Positions 10,901-23,364 are shown, counted from the first letter of the stretch. The stretch: 64,000 nucleotides of DNA from Chiloscyllium plagiosum (GCF_004010195.1 NC_057719.1:24808750-24872749); one strand, 5' to 3'. Numbers and translations: made by a program. Notes: generated from the sequence alone by a model not told the origin.

Positions 10901-13398
10901 ACAACAAGCAAAACTGATGTCATTTACAAAATACCATGCAATGACTGTAACAAACACTACATTAGACAAACAGGTAGAAAACTAGCCACCAGGATACATG
11001 AACATCAACATCAACAAAATGACATGACCCTCTCTCCTTAGTATCCTTACATACAGATGAGGAAGTAAACCACTTCAACAGGGACAACACATCCATCCTA
11101 GGTCAAGCTAAATAGAGACTTGCACGAGAATTCCGAGAAGCATGGTATTCCAACCAGAACTCTGTCAACAAACTCATCGAGTTCAACCCCATCTACCATC
11201 CCCTCAGAAAAACAAGAAATGACATCACCACAGGAAATGACATCACCAACCCAAAGAAACCCAAACATATAAATAGAAAGGAGTCAGCAGCAATGCTTTG
11301 CCTGGAGGCCCACTGAAGATGTTACCTAGTGTGATGACGAAACGTCTAGAAACGAATCTTCCAGCTCAGTGAGTAAACCTACATCCAGAACCTCAACCTG
11401 AACTACAACTCTTCTCAATGCTACTTACAAATTTGTTTCTCAATTTCCAGCTGACTATTAGGTGGCCTATAATACAATCCCAATAAAGTGTTCATCCCTT
11501 TCCTATTTCTCAGTTCCACCCAAATAACTTCCCTAGATCTATTTCTAGGAATATCCTCCCTCAGTACCGCTGTAATGCTATCCCTTATCAAAAACGCTAA
11601 TCCCCTTCCTCTCTTGCCTCCCTTTCTGTCCTTCCTGTATCCTGGAACATCCCAGTCCCATGTTCTTAACCATACCCTGAGGTCATCTGCCATCCCTGTT
11701 CAGCCCCTTGCATTGAAATAAATGCAGTTTAATTTATCAATCCTACCTTGTTCTCTGCTTTGTCCCTGCCTGCCCTGACTGTTTGACTCGCTTCTGTTCT
11801 CAACTGCATCAGTCTCAGATTGATCTCTTTCCTCACTATCTCCCTGGGTCCCAACACCCCACCTTACTAGTTTAAATTCTCCCGGGCAGCTCTAGCAAAT
11901 CTCCCTGCCAGTATATTTGACCCCTTCCAATTCAGGTGCAATCCGTCCTTCTTGTACAGGTCACTTCTTCCCCAAAACAACTTCCAACGATCCAAAAATG
12001 TGAATCCTTCTCCCATACACCAACTCCTCGACCATGCATCCATCTGCTCTATCCTCCTATTTCTACCCTCATTAGCTCGTAGCACTGGGAGTAATCCAGA
12101 TATTACTACTCTCGAGGACCTCCATTTTAAATTCCTGCCTAACTCTCTATATTCTCCCTTCAGAATTTCCTCCTTTTCCCTTCCTATGTCATTGGTTCCA
12201 ATGTGTATAATGATCTCCTGCTGTGCCCTCTCCCCACTGAGAACATTCTGCACTCTCTCTGAGACATCCTTGATGCTGGCACCAGGGAAGCAACACACCA
12301 TTCTGATTTTTCGCTGTTGGCCATAGAAACATCTGTCTGTACCTCGGACGAGAGAGTCCCCTAATACAATTGATCTCTTGGAACCCAGCATATCCCTCAT
12401 TGCATTACAGTCAGTCTCAATACCAGAACTTGGCTGTTTGTGCTACATTCCCGAGAATCCATCACCCCCTACATTTTCAAAAACAGCATACTTGTTTGAA
12501 ATGGGTATAGCCATAGAAGACTCCTGCACTACCTGCCTACCTCTCTTACTTTCCTGGAATTAATCCATCTATGTGACTGTATCTGTAACTTTTCTCCCTT
12601 TCTCTAACTGCAATCCATCACACCCCCTTGCTCTTGTAAATTTATCATTGCCTCTAAATGCCACTCCAAACGATCCATTCGATTTGATAGGATTCGCAAT
12701 CAACAGCATTTAATGCAGATATAATCCTCAGTAATATGTAAACTCTGCCTAAACTCCCACATCTGACAAGAAGAGCATCTCACTATACTAAGGGCCATTT
12801 TTGCTTCTTCCAATCTACAGACCCAGAAAATAGCACCTTCTTATTCCTCAACAAATAATGTTCCAGGCTAGCTTAATACTTATGGCTTATATTTTCAAGT
12901 TTAATCAAGAGAACATATGATCAAGAAAGAACCCACTCTACTCACTATTGTAGATTTATAGCAAGGTTATACTTAAAACTATTCACTTATCTGTTTCTGT
13001 GCTGTGACCTCTCCTAAACAGGTTCCTCCAAGATCAGTTGTATATTTCACTGTTTGTTAATTTTCCTAGATACATTCTGATGTCCCATGATACATGAATT
13101 CAACAGCAAATGCAGTAACTGCGTAAGTTCACTGCTGTGTCAGTTAGCAATGTGGGTTTCTTTCTCTCTCTCTCTCTCTCCTGCACTGACCTGGCCATGT
13201 GCTGCCTTTTGTCTGTCCCTCTCCCTTTTAAAAATGCAGTTGTTTTGACGTTTTTTTTCTCCAAAGATCCAAAACAATGCAACAGCATATTGCTGCTCCT
13301 GGAATTCAAGGAAATCACCTCCAACATCTAAAATACCTCAAAAAAGGAGCAGCATGTTCCAGCCAGAAATTTTTGCTCCTCTCCATCTTGGATTACCC
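8000..13398 (-). mobile_element. Near full-length CR1 LINE (5'UTR, ORF1, APE-RT ORF2, 3' tail), inactivated by frameshifts and stops
   Basis: ORF1 zinc finger VRCSSCQMW...YICIKC (about 12706-12783) and SGNH esterase (GDSLVRG, HIGTND, DGLHLN); ORF2 PQGSVLGP, FADDTK, TRGH, FFTQRVVRVWN; TATGACTC tail at 8001-8008. Confidence 0.93.
10458..11423 (+). mobile_element. Penelope/Poseidon-type PLE 3' fragment with inverted 5' pLTR, nested in the CR1 endonuclease domain
   Basis: 11-bp TSD CTTACAAATTT (10447-10457/11424-11434); NGYP...LPYIKDISE...DVIYKIPCNDCNKHYIRQTGRKLATRIHEH; hammerhead core at 11313-11346, inverted copy at about 10500-10533. Confidence 0.9.
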
Positions 13399-14611
13399 AG
13401 ATGACACTTCATCAGAGGTGACATGAAGTGTGGAAGGGGCAGCATTTATGCAATAGCATGGTGGCGGATTGGGCGGATTGGTGGGTGGGGAGAGGATGGT
13501 GATAGTTCAGATTAAGTGATCAGAATGTGAAAATGCCTGAACAATGATGTGTTGAACTGTCAGACTGGAAAGAACAGGCAGTCCCACTGGGGTGGGGAGA
13601 GGGGAGACAGGATGCAACAAGTAAAGCTAAAAGAAAAGGAAGGAATGGGAGTAGGTTCACAACCTGAAGGTGTTGAACTCAACATTAAGTCCAGAAGATC
13701 GTAAACTTTCTCATCTGAAGATGAGATGTTGCTCCTCCAGTTTGTGCTGTGATTCACTGAATCATTGCAGCACGCCGAGGATAGAGAAATGGGCATACGA
13801 GCAGGAAGTTGTGTTAAAATGATCAGCTACAGCAAGGTCAAGGCCATGCTTGCACGGGGGCCAGTGTTCTGCAAAGCAGCAGTATGTACCTGGACTAATA
13901 ATCAAGAGACATGAGATAAATCCCACAACAATAATTGGAGAACTAACTAAACCTGGTATATCAAGTCATGATGACTATGTCATTAAAAAAACATTCATAA
14001 AAAAAAGAAAATCTGTTATTCTTGCCTTGTCTGGTCTATATGTGACTCCAGATCCATGACAAGGTTGATTCTTACTGACCTCTGAAATATTCTGGCAAAC
14101 CACATAGTGATGACCACTAACCAGTGGCTCTGCAAATGACATCACAGTTGCAAATGAAGATTTCCTTTTTAACAAGCTCGACAGGTAAAATTGGAAACTT
14201 TCTCTGAAGGGGAGGGCATTAATGATTCAGGCAGGTTTTCATGACAATCCATAATCCTTCAAGATTATTTTGCTCGTGCTAATCCACAAATCTGCAAATT
14301 CACTATTTTTGACAGAGTTTGGAATAGCTTGTCTTTAACCCATCCCTTTGGAATTGAGTATCATAACACTAGGCTATCCTTACTCGCATTGCTAATACAT
14401 AGAGATCTTTTACAGAGATCAAAAGATGGATGGGGTGTTCCATTTTGCATTTATTGTTAAATGCTGTCTTCAAAAAACAGTTCAACTTAATTGAACCAAG
14501 AAGTGATACCTTATTTCCATTATTATACACATTCCTTCTTTGACCAATGCAATCAATAGAAATGAAATAATACAAGTATCATTTGGATTTTCCTAAGACG
14601 TGTGCACTTAC

Positions 14612-14793
14612 TTGTAAAGCTGGTCTTTTGATGGAATCAAGCAAAAGTCTGGCTCTCGTGGCCACTGCTGGATTAACATCTTCAACTGCAGCAAGGAAAC
14701 AGCAGAAGGCATGGGCTAGAGAGTACTTCAGCACATGATTCTTTGTCACAGATTGGATATCCAGAAATCTGCACAGAACCACTACTTTCTCCA
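14612..14793 (-). CDS. UNC79: UNC79 exon (V)EKVVVLCRFLDIQSVTKNHVLKYSLAHAFCCFLAAVEDVNPAVATRARLLLDSIKRPALQ
   Basis: 182 nt, tatgtag|TG GAG ... CAA|gtaagt, phase 1/0. Confidence 0.96.
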
Positions 14794-15059
14794 CTACATA
14801 CCAAAAAAAAAATGAATTGGTACCAAAAGCAGTAGCAAATGTTTGAATGTCATTATCTAGATTGCTATACATAACTAAAGCTTACAGCATACATTAACCA
14901 GTTCTAGTTCCCTGGATGATAAATTATTTCCTGTTTTATTTACCTGGAAATAAAGAATTTATTTTATTTAGCAGATCTAGCAGAATATAGTTCAAACATT
15001 AATCATTCTCAGTCAGACATTGTAATTTATAGATCAGATGTCAACATGATTTACATTAA

Positions 15060-15375
15060 TGGCTTCAAACCCAGGCATGAGGGTGTCCAGAACCAGGGGA
15101 CACAGTCTCAGAAAAAGAGACAGACCATTTAGGACTCCCTTCATTCCCAGAGTGATGTATCTTTGGAATTCTCTGCCCCTGATACCTTTGTAGGCTAAGT
15201 CAGTATGTTAACAATAGAGATCAATAAAGTTTTACATATTAAAAATATCAACGGATACAGGAATAGTGCAGGGAAATGATGGTGGGTTAGGAAGAAAAGC
15301 AACATTCTCACTGAATACTATGAATGGGCTCAAAGGGCTAATTGGACTTTTCCTGCTCCAACTTATGTTCTTGTG
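15060..15375 (+). mobile_element. Old CR1-type LINE 3' end
   Basis: Degenerate SRTRGHSL...WNSLP motif and CR1-like 3'UTR. Confidence 0.6.
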
Positions 15376-17808
15376 ATGCAAGGTCTGCCAGAGCAAATAC
15401 TTCTGATGGATGACTTGTTCCTATCCTACGAACATGTCTCTTTGGTCGAGTGATTAAAAGCAGAAAATATTAGCCATGTTTTATTTCTCTTTCTACACTT
15501 TCTCTAGCAGCAACCTATTGTACTGGTCTGCACGTTGCAGATAGGAATTTTGGGAGATTGAACCTGTACATTCCAACTTGCAAGTTTCGAGTCAATTACT
15601 ACTGACTCGGAATTTTACAGGTGATTATGTGACTTCTCCATCCTAACTACTGAACATTCAGAACTACTCCAGCAAATCTAGACAAGAGCAGGACAGCTCA
15701 CCATTTAATACATTAACTGCTCAGTCATTTATTCTTTTTTTCTCTCAAATTTGCCAAAGTAGAAATATAGCCCTGGTCAAGAAATTTTTAATTTATAAAA
15801 TTATACATGGAATAAATGGTGTAAATGGGGAAAAGTGGGTGAAGAAATAAAGGCAACTAAGTCAATGTTGATGTCAATTCATTACTTGATAACATGCAGA
15901 TGAACAGATTAACTGGATTGAAGGGAGATAATTAATGTTTACAAGAAAAAGCATAGATTTAGCCTTAGATGAATTTAGAAGTAATTTACACATGGGATAA
16001 CACAAATACACAAAAGATCACCAAGAAAGCCAGAAATTAGTATATTAAAAATCAAAGAAATTTAACTATGAACATATAGGGCATTAGAAGGCGACACAAA
16101 ATAAAGTTTGTAACTTTGGAACAGAGCCAATGAATGGAAATAGTTTTGTCCAGTTCTGTTGTGATACAAGCGAACTAAGTGTGTCTGCTAATGTGTCATT
16201 GATATCCACAGTCTTCTGGATCTCATTTGTTGTGTTACTGATAGGGATTAGGGAGGGGGTATTTCCAGAATTCACCCTGAAATTGACAGTAGATTTTTTT
16301 CTGCCATTTTTTTTGTGCCAAAGATTTACTATTTCTATCAGCCAGGGAGCTAGTGCATCAGTTGATACAAAATAGGATAAGAATTGATGGAGCTGACTGT
16401 TGTTCCTCGTCTTTATTTACATATTTACCACAGTGACCCGAAGCAATAAGAGGATGTGTGCACCCAGGTGGGGAGATAGAGAAGCAGTGCATAGGAATGC
16501 GACACATGAGGAGTTATAAGCATCCAAAAAGACCATTTGGAAGCCATGGATCCTCAGTTTTCTACTGGCCATATTTACACCGTTAGGTTGCTCATTGATG
16601 ATAATCTGCCCTTATGTAATAATCAACCACCCTTCAATCCAGTCCTAAGTCTCAGAAAATTACTGCAATCCCATCATACTGATCATGTCATGATAACATA
16701 CATAAATTGCTGCAAATATGTGCAATAAAAATGTATAATGCATATGCCATCACTGAAAAGGCAGATAGGTGTTTCTGGAATCAATTTTTTTTTCTGAAAC
16801 AAAAAGGCTTGAAACTTCATATTATATTAAGTGACCAGAGTCCCAGAGGGCTATAAGGCTGGGCTCTCATTAGAGAGAGAGGACTAGTAGTGGTTTAAGC
16901 TGAGGGTCACCACTCCTCAGGCAAGGTGCAAGTCAAGAAGATGTAACAGAAATTACAGTCAGAAATAGACTATCATCCAATTACTTTAATATTTGACTAA
17001 TCAATTAGAGTGAAGAATTCCAATTTATGGTTATAATGTTGCTACAGTATCTATTTTAATAATCGAGTTGACAAACATCACTAAAATTATTGTAAAAATC
17101 TACCATGACCAAACTATAACACTGTACGTAGCGCAGGCAATCCAGTATCACACCTCTGGCTACACATACTTTTAGTTTCAACTTGCATTGCATTTTGAAT
17201 AGTTTCACATCTTTGTAATAAATTAGATTTTTCGGGAATGGAATACTCACCTCAGTACATTGTGATTTCCAAAGTATCTAAAATGGCATAATAGCTATGT
17301 TGACATGTATGGAAAGCAAAACAGCTGATTGGTAATATACATGGAGTGTAGTGATAAGTAAGATCTCATGACATCAATCCTAAATTGTGCAATTGGTAAG
17401 TCTGAGTTTTTTCTCACTATGAGCAGCAGTTGCACCAGATTTTGGTGGAACAGCAGAATGTGTAAATTGTGCAATGGCTTATGTTGGCTTATCAGTCAAT
17501 TCAATGCATAGTTAATATGTCTTTCTTCACTGTTCTTTGACTGATTTCAAGAGAGTGTGCAGGTAAGTAACAGAAATATTCTTGCTATAATTTCCAAACC
17601 CAACACAGCTTCTGGATTAAAAAAATACTTGCAACTAACAGCATTAATTTTAGTTCTGACACCTTGTTTCATTAATACATTTTTAAAGTAAAAACATACT
17701 TTATTACAGAATTATGTCTTTATCTTAAGTTAGAGTTTTTGAGTTTTAAAAATTATATTTGAGTTTGAGATTACACACTTTGCACTGTGCTTTTGTTTTT
17801 CATCTTAC

Positions 17809-17966
17809 CAGCTTCAAAACGCATCTTCCAGTCTTTGCTGTTAAAATTGCTATCAATGATGCCCCAGAATATATCAGCACCACGAGAGAGAGAAAGAGCA
17901 TGCAGGAACAAGGGTATTGCCACAGAGGCAAGCTGGGAGAATTCAGACTTAAGTACTTTCCATAGG
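17809..17966 (-). CDS. UNC79: UNC79 exon LWKVLKSEFSQLASVAIPLFLHALSLSRGADIFWGIIDSNFNSKDWKMRFEA
   Basis: 158 nt, ttttgcag|C CTA ... GCT G|gtaaga, phase 2/1. Confidence 0.96.
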
Positions 17967-18669
17967 CTGCAAAAAACACAAGCAGAAATGAACTTTGGAT
18001 GCTGTCTTCCAGTTTTATAAGTTATCTGTACAAGATAGTGTGTATATTTTTTCTCCACATCACAAATAACTTGGTTATTTTGGAACTCAGTATTTTTTAG
18101 TCTCCAATGTCAGCCTTGAATTTGTATGTCCAGTTATTTAAAAGAAATAATGGAATGCTGGGGTGAATCGCAAGCCAGCAATCTCATCAAGTTTACATAG
18201 CATCAGGAACCACTAGTTTCAGACTGCATGCCTATCTTCTAGATAAAGAGATAAAACTCGGAATTTGTAATCTGTGGGGAAGCAAGGACACTTGCTGCTG
18301 ATATCAAAGGAAGTTGCCTACAATGATCTAATGGTCTCTCTGGCATGGATTTCCTTTTTCCAATTTTAAATTCTGCACCAAGTTTTGGGGATCTCTTTGC
18401 ATGCAGCAGCAGTGATGTCAACAAAACAGGAAGCAGTCAACCACAACAAAGTATTCACACGCAGCAAAAACACTCAACATCTTTTACTTGCAATTTAAAT
18501 TTCCAGATAACAAAGTAAATAGTTACGATTTGATTAAAATAGACTCTGACTTTTTTTGAAAAATCATTTTTAAAATGTACAATTTGTTGTTTTACAACAT
18601 AAATCTTTCAGGACCAAAGTGTCCAGCAAAAATTATGAAGTCAGTACATTAATGTTGGGAGATATTGAG

Positions 18670-18749
18670 GGGCGACGCTCCGAAAGCTAGTGTCCAACAA
18701 TTAAACCTATTGGACTATAACCTGGTGTTGTGTGATTTTTAACTTTGTC
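18670..18749 (+). mobile_element. Family B pLTR single-arm fragment (hammerhead 3' half)
   Basis: GCTCCGAAAGCTAGTG...CTGGTGTTGTGTGATTTTTAACTTTGT, same as 25296-25363. Confidence 0.75.
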
Positions 18750-19850
18750 AAGTTTTCTTTTAAACAGTGAAACCAAAAGCATAAGATTGGAACTTTTCAT
18801 CAATTCAATATCCCATTGACTGCAATACGATTGCGTGGGGCGGGAGGGGGGGAGGGGGGATTGGAATATGAGGGCGAACATCTCAAATGCACAAACTGGA
18901 GAATCACAGAGTCACTGATATCAACTTCTGGATTTCCAAATTGTTCTTTGCATGTGCAGACTCCAGATATGGCTGTCAGTTTCAGTGGAGGAATGGTTAT
19001 GCACATGGACAATTTCACCACCATTAAAACTGCAAAATCCAGGCCGATGTTTTCGATCTACGATGGATTACAGAACTCCAATAACACCAGATACATTATT
19101 TTTGTTTGTAAGTCTTTCAATATTTAACGTCCTTAGTGACCCTGTAAACATAGCATGGTACAACTTTACCCTCCCAAGAGGAGGCATTCCCACAACTGGC
19201 AGGTAGCCTCCAGCAGAAAATTTACCTGATGCGGCAGTGCTTTTGTTATCTCCCAACATTAGAAAATGACCATGGGTATTGTGATGTTCAAATCCTACAG
19301 ATAAGTATAATAACTATAGCTACATTGCATTAATCAGACATAAAGCTGTTTAGGCTAACATTAAACTATTAGGTTACAACAGAGAAGCATGCTTCAAGTG
19401 TCTGGAGGTAAGGTGGCGTATGAAATCTTTAACAAAAACAGAAATTGACAGAAAATCTCAGCAGGCCTAGCACCATCTGTGAAGATAAATCAGAGTTAAC
19501 ATCAGGGACCCAATGAAAGGGACCTCAAAATCATACATTTCAATGGGATTTTCTTTTTATTCTTCTAAACTCCAATGGAAACATGCTTAACCTTTCCTCT
19601 TTAGAGAATCACTTCATTGCAAGAATCAGTCAAGTTGCTGGATGACAAAGACAATGTGGTCCATGTCAAAGGGGGCAAACAGACCAAAAAAGGACAAGAA
19701 GAACAAGTTTATCTTTGCCACAGTCACGTACAATATTCTGTGTACTTTTGATAAAGGCAGTTTCAGTATCATGACAGGCAGATTAGATGGATTAAAATAT
19801 GGAGTTGGAGGAAAGATGTGTGGAGGAAAACTTCTGATACAACAACATGT

Positions 19851-22636
19851 ACATCTGACAAGAAGCGCATTTCACTCTACTAAAGGCCATTTTTGCTCCT
19901 TCACAATCTACAGACGCAGAAAATAACTGTCTTATTCTTGTACAAAACACTGCCTCAGGTTAAATTAATAGTTTTGGGTAAAATTTTAAGTTTAATCAAG
20001 AGACATATCTCAAAAAACATATAACCAAGAAAGAACCCACACACTTAAAACAATTCACTTATCTGTTTCTGCACTGCGAACTTCATCCAAACAGTTTCTC
20101 CAAGATCAGTTATATTATAGACCCCCTAATGGTCAGAGGGAAATTGAGAAACAAACGTGTAAGGAGATCTCTGTAAGGAGCTATCTGTAAGAATAATGGG
20201 GTGGTAAATGTTAGGGATTTTAACTTTCCAAACATAGACTGGGACTGCCATAGTGTTAAGGGTTTAGATGGAGAGGAATTTTTAAGTGTGTACAAGAAAA
20301 TTTTCTGATTCAGTCCGTGGAGGTATCTACTAGAGAAGGTGCAAAACTTGACCTACTCTTGGGAAATAAGGCAGGGTGGGTGACTGAGGTGTCAGTGGGG
20401 GAGCACTTTAGGGCCAGCAACCATAATTCTATTAGATTTAAAATAGTGATGGAAAAGGTTAGACCAGATCTAAAAGTTGAAGTTCTAAATTGGAAAAAGG
20501 CCAATTTTGACGGTATTAAGCAAGAAATTTCAAAAGGTGATTGGGGGCAGATGTTCACAGGTAAAGGGACAGCTGGAAAATGGGAAGCCTTCAGAAATGA
20601 GATAATGAGGATCCAGAGAAAATATATTCCTGTCAGGGTGAAAGGGAAGGGTGGTAGGTATAGGGAATGCTGGATGACTAAAGAAATTGAGGGTTTGGTT
20701 AAGAAAACGAAGGAAGCATATGTTAGGTATAAACAGGATAGATCGAGTAAATCCTTCGAAAAGTATAATGGCAGTAGGAGTATATTTAAGAGGGAAATCA
20801 AGAGGGCAAAAAGGGGACATGAAATAGCTTTGGCAAATAGAATTAAGGAGAATCCAAAGGGTTTTTAACAAATACATTAAGGACAAAAGGGTATCTAGGG
20901 AGAGAATAGGGCCCCTCGAAGATCAGCAATGTGGTGTTTGTGTGGAGCTGCAGAAAATGGGGGAGATACTAAATAAATATTTTGCATCAGTATCTACTGT
21001 GGAAAAGGGTATGGAAGATATACAATGTAGGGAAATAGATGGTGACACCATATTACAGAGGAGGAACTGCTGGATGTATTGAAATGCATAAAGGTGGATA
21101 AATCCCCAGGACCTGATCAGGTGTACCCTAGAACTCTGTGGGAAGCTAGAGAAGTGATTGCTGGGCCTCTTGCTGAGATTTTTGTATCATCAATAGTCAC
21201 AGGTGAGGTGCTGGAAGACTGGAGGTTGGCTAATGTGGTGCCACTGTTTATGAAGGGTGGTAAGGACAAGCCAGGGAAACTATAGACCAGTGAGCCTGAC
21301 ATCAGTGGTGGTCAAGTTATTGGAGGGAATCCTGAGGGACAGAATGTACATGTATTTGGAAAGGCAAGGACTGATTAGGGATAGTCAACATGGCTTTGTG
21401 CATAGGAAATCATATCTCACCAACTTGATTGAATTTTTTGAAAAAGTAACAAAGAAGATTGATGAGGGCAGAGCAGTAGATGTGATCTATATGGACTTCA
21501 GTAAGGCACTCGACAAGGTTCTCCATGGAAGACTGGTTAGCAAGGTTAGATCTCACGGAATAAAGGGAGAACTAGCCATGTTGATACAAAACTGGCTCAA
21601 AGGTAGAAGACAGAGGGTGGTGGTGGAGGGTTGTTTTTCAGACTGGAGGCCTGTGACCGGTGGAGTGCCACAAGGATCGGTGCTGGGTCCTTTACTTATT
21701 GTCATTTATATAAGTGATTTGGATGCGAGCATAAAAGGTACAGTTAGTAAGTTTACAGATGACACTAAACTGGGAGGTGTAGTGGACAGCGAAGAAGGTT
21801 ACCTCAGATTACAATGGGATCTTGATCAGATGGGCCAATGGGCTGAGAAGTGGTAGATGGAGTTTAATTCAGATAAATGTGAGGTGCTGCATTTTGGGAA
21901 AGCCAATCTAAGCATGACTTATACACTTAATGGTAAGGTCCTAGGGAGTGTTGCTGAACAAAGGGACCTTGGAGTGCAGGTTCATAGCTCCTTGAAAGTG
22001 GAGTCGCAGGTAGATAGGATAGTGAAGAAGGCGTTTGGTATGCTTTCCTTTATTGTTGAGAGTATTGAGTACAGGAGTTGGGAGGTCATGTAACGGCTGT
22101 ACAGGACATTGGTTAGGCCACTGTTGGAATATTGCATGCAATTCTGGTTCCTTTCTATCGGAAAGATGTTGTGAAATTTGAAAGGGTTCAGAAAAGATTT
22201 ACAAGAATGTTGCCAGGGTTGGAGGATTTGAGCTATAAGAAGAGGCTGAACAGGCTGGCGCTGTTTTCCTTGGAGCGTTGGAGGCTAAGGGGTGACCTTC
22301 CAGAGGTTTACAAAATTATGAGGGGCATGGATAGCATAAATAGACAAAGTCTTTTCCCTGGGGTGGGGGAGTCTAGAACTAGAGGGCATAGGTTTAGGGT
22401 GAGAGGGGAAAGATATAAAAGAGACCTAAGGGGCAACGTTTTCACACAGAGGGTGGTATATGTATGGAATAAGCTGCCAAAGGAAGTGGTGGAGGCTGGT
22501 GCAACTGCAACATTTAAAAGGCATTTGGATGACCAAATGAATCGAAAGCGTTTGGACCGGGTGCTGGAAGGTGGGACTGATTGGGTTGGACCGAACGGTC
22601 TGTTTCCATGCTATACATCTCTCTGACTCTATGACT
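19851..22636 (+). mobile_element. CR1 LINE with inverted 5' segment (19851-20110 antisense 5'UTR/ORF1 start; 20111-22636 sense ORF2)
   Basis: 19851-20110 matches 12759-13039 in the same orientation (antisense to CR1); ORF2 with PQGSVLGP, FTDDTK, TRGH; ends CTCTGACTCTATGAC. Confidence 0.9.
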
Positions 22637-23154
22637 TTGGAGAGAGAAATCATAATGGATGGTGGTTTGCAAAATAGAGGGAGATATAGTATCTAAGGAA
22701 TGTAAACAATTAACAATATCAACTGAACACTAGACTCAAGAAGGGAAGTTAGTAGTCAGCTCTTCATTGCATTTAAAGTCAAGGGACAAGCAGTGACTTT
22801 GATGGATGCTCAGAAATAGCGTTGGATATGAGATGTAGGGAAGATAGTAAGTTCAGGGATAAGGCAGCAGGTAAGTCTCTAAGAGAAAGCTTGATCAGAT
22901 GGACTTGTAGAATGTGGAGAAGTGGCAGAGGTAGCTGATTGGTGTTTTCAATGTGAATGACAGGGAATTGCATGAGCTTATTATAGGTCTTGCCATATTT
23001 ATACATACTTCCAATGGTGGCACAGCACCACAACATATTGATCTCACAGCTCAATAATCTACTCTTTAGACTCTTGTGCCCCAAAAACTCAACCTCACTG
23101 CTTTGAAATGCTTAATATTTGCTATTTCATTATGAATTTAATGAAACTAAAGTA

Positions 23155-23364
23155 CAGGTTGTTCTGCTATAATGCACGTTTCGTCAACACAAATTCGCTG
23201 TAATGTGACTGACAAATTGGGGATAATGTTTCTACAGTGCAAACCTTTAAAATGTCTGTTGGCTGTTATGCGATTACATTGCCAGTACTTTGAGCACTGT
23301 TTCTAAAACACAATTTGTCTATAACACAGCGAAAGGAACCATCACATTATAGAAGAACTGACTG
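23155..23364. mobile_element. Tigger/pogo-like MITE
   Basis: TA flanks; terminal inverted repeats CAGGTTGTTCTGCTATAATG / CATTATAGAAGAACTGACTG. Confidence 0.65.

Larger units (their letters stand above)
7897..13880 (-). mobile_element. Neptune-like PLE 3' fragment split by the CR1 insertion (pieces about 7897-8005 and 13399-13880)
   Basis: Family A pLTR begins at about 7897 and resumes at 13399; minus strand QHKLEEQHLIFR*ESLRSSGLNVEFN at about 13672-13749. Confidence 0.75.

Noticed and set aside
16084..16276. Open frame VNSGNTPSLIP... after a plausible acceptor
   Set aside because: Splicing from the upstream phase-1 exon gives an immediate stop; no donor found and no UNC79 similarity
18816..19259. 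Overlapping ORFs of 60-100 aa on both strands
   Set aside because: No recognisable protein motif or splice structure; likely old repeat sequence
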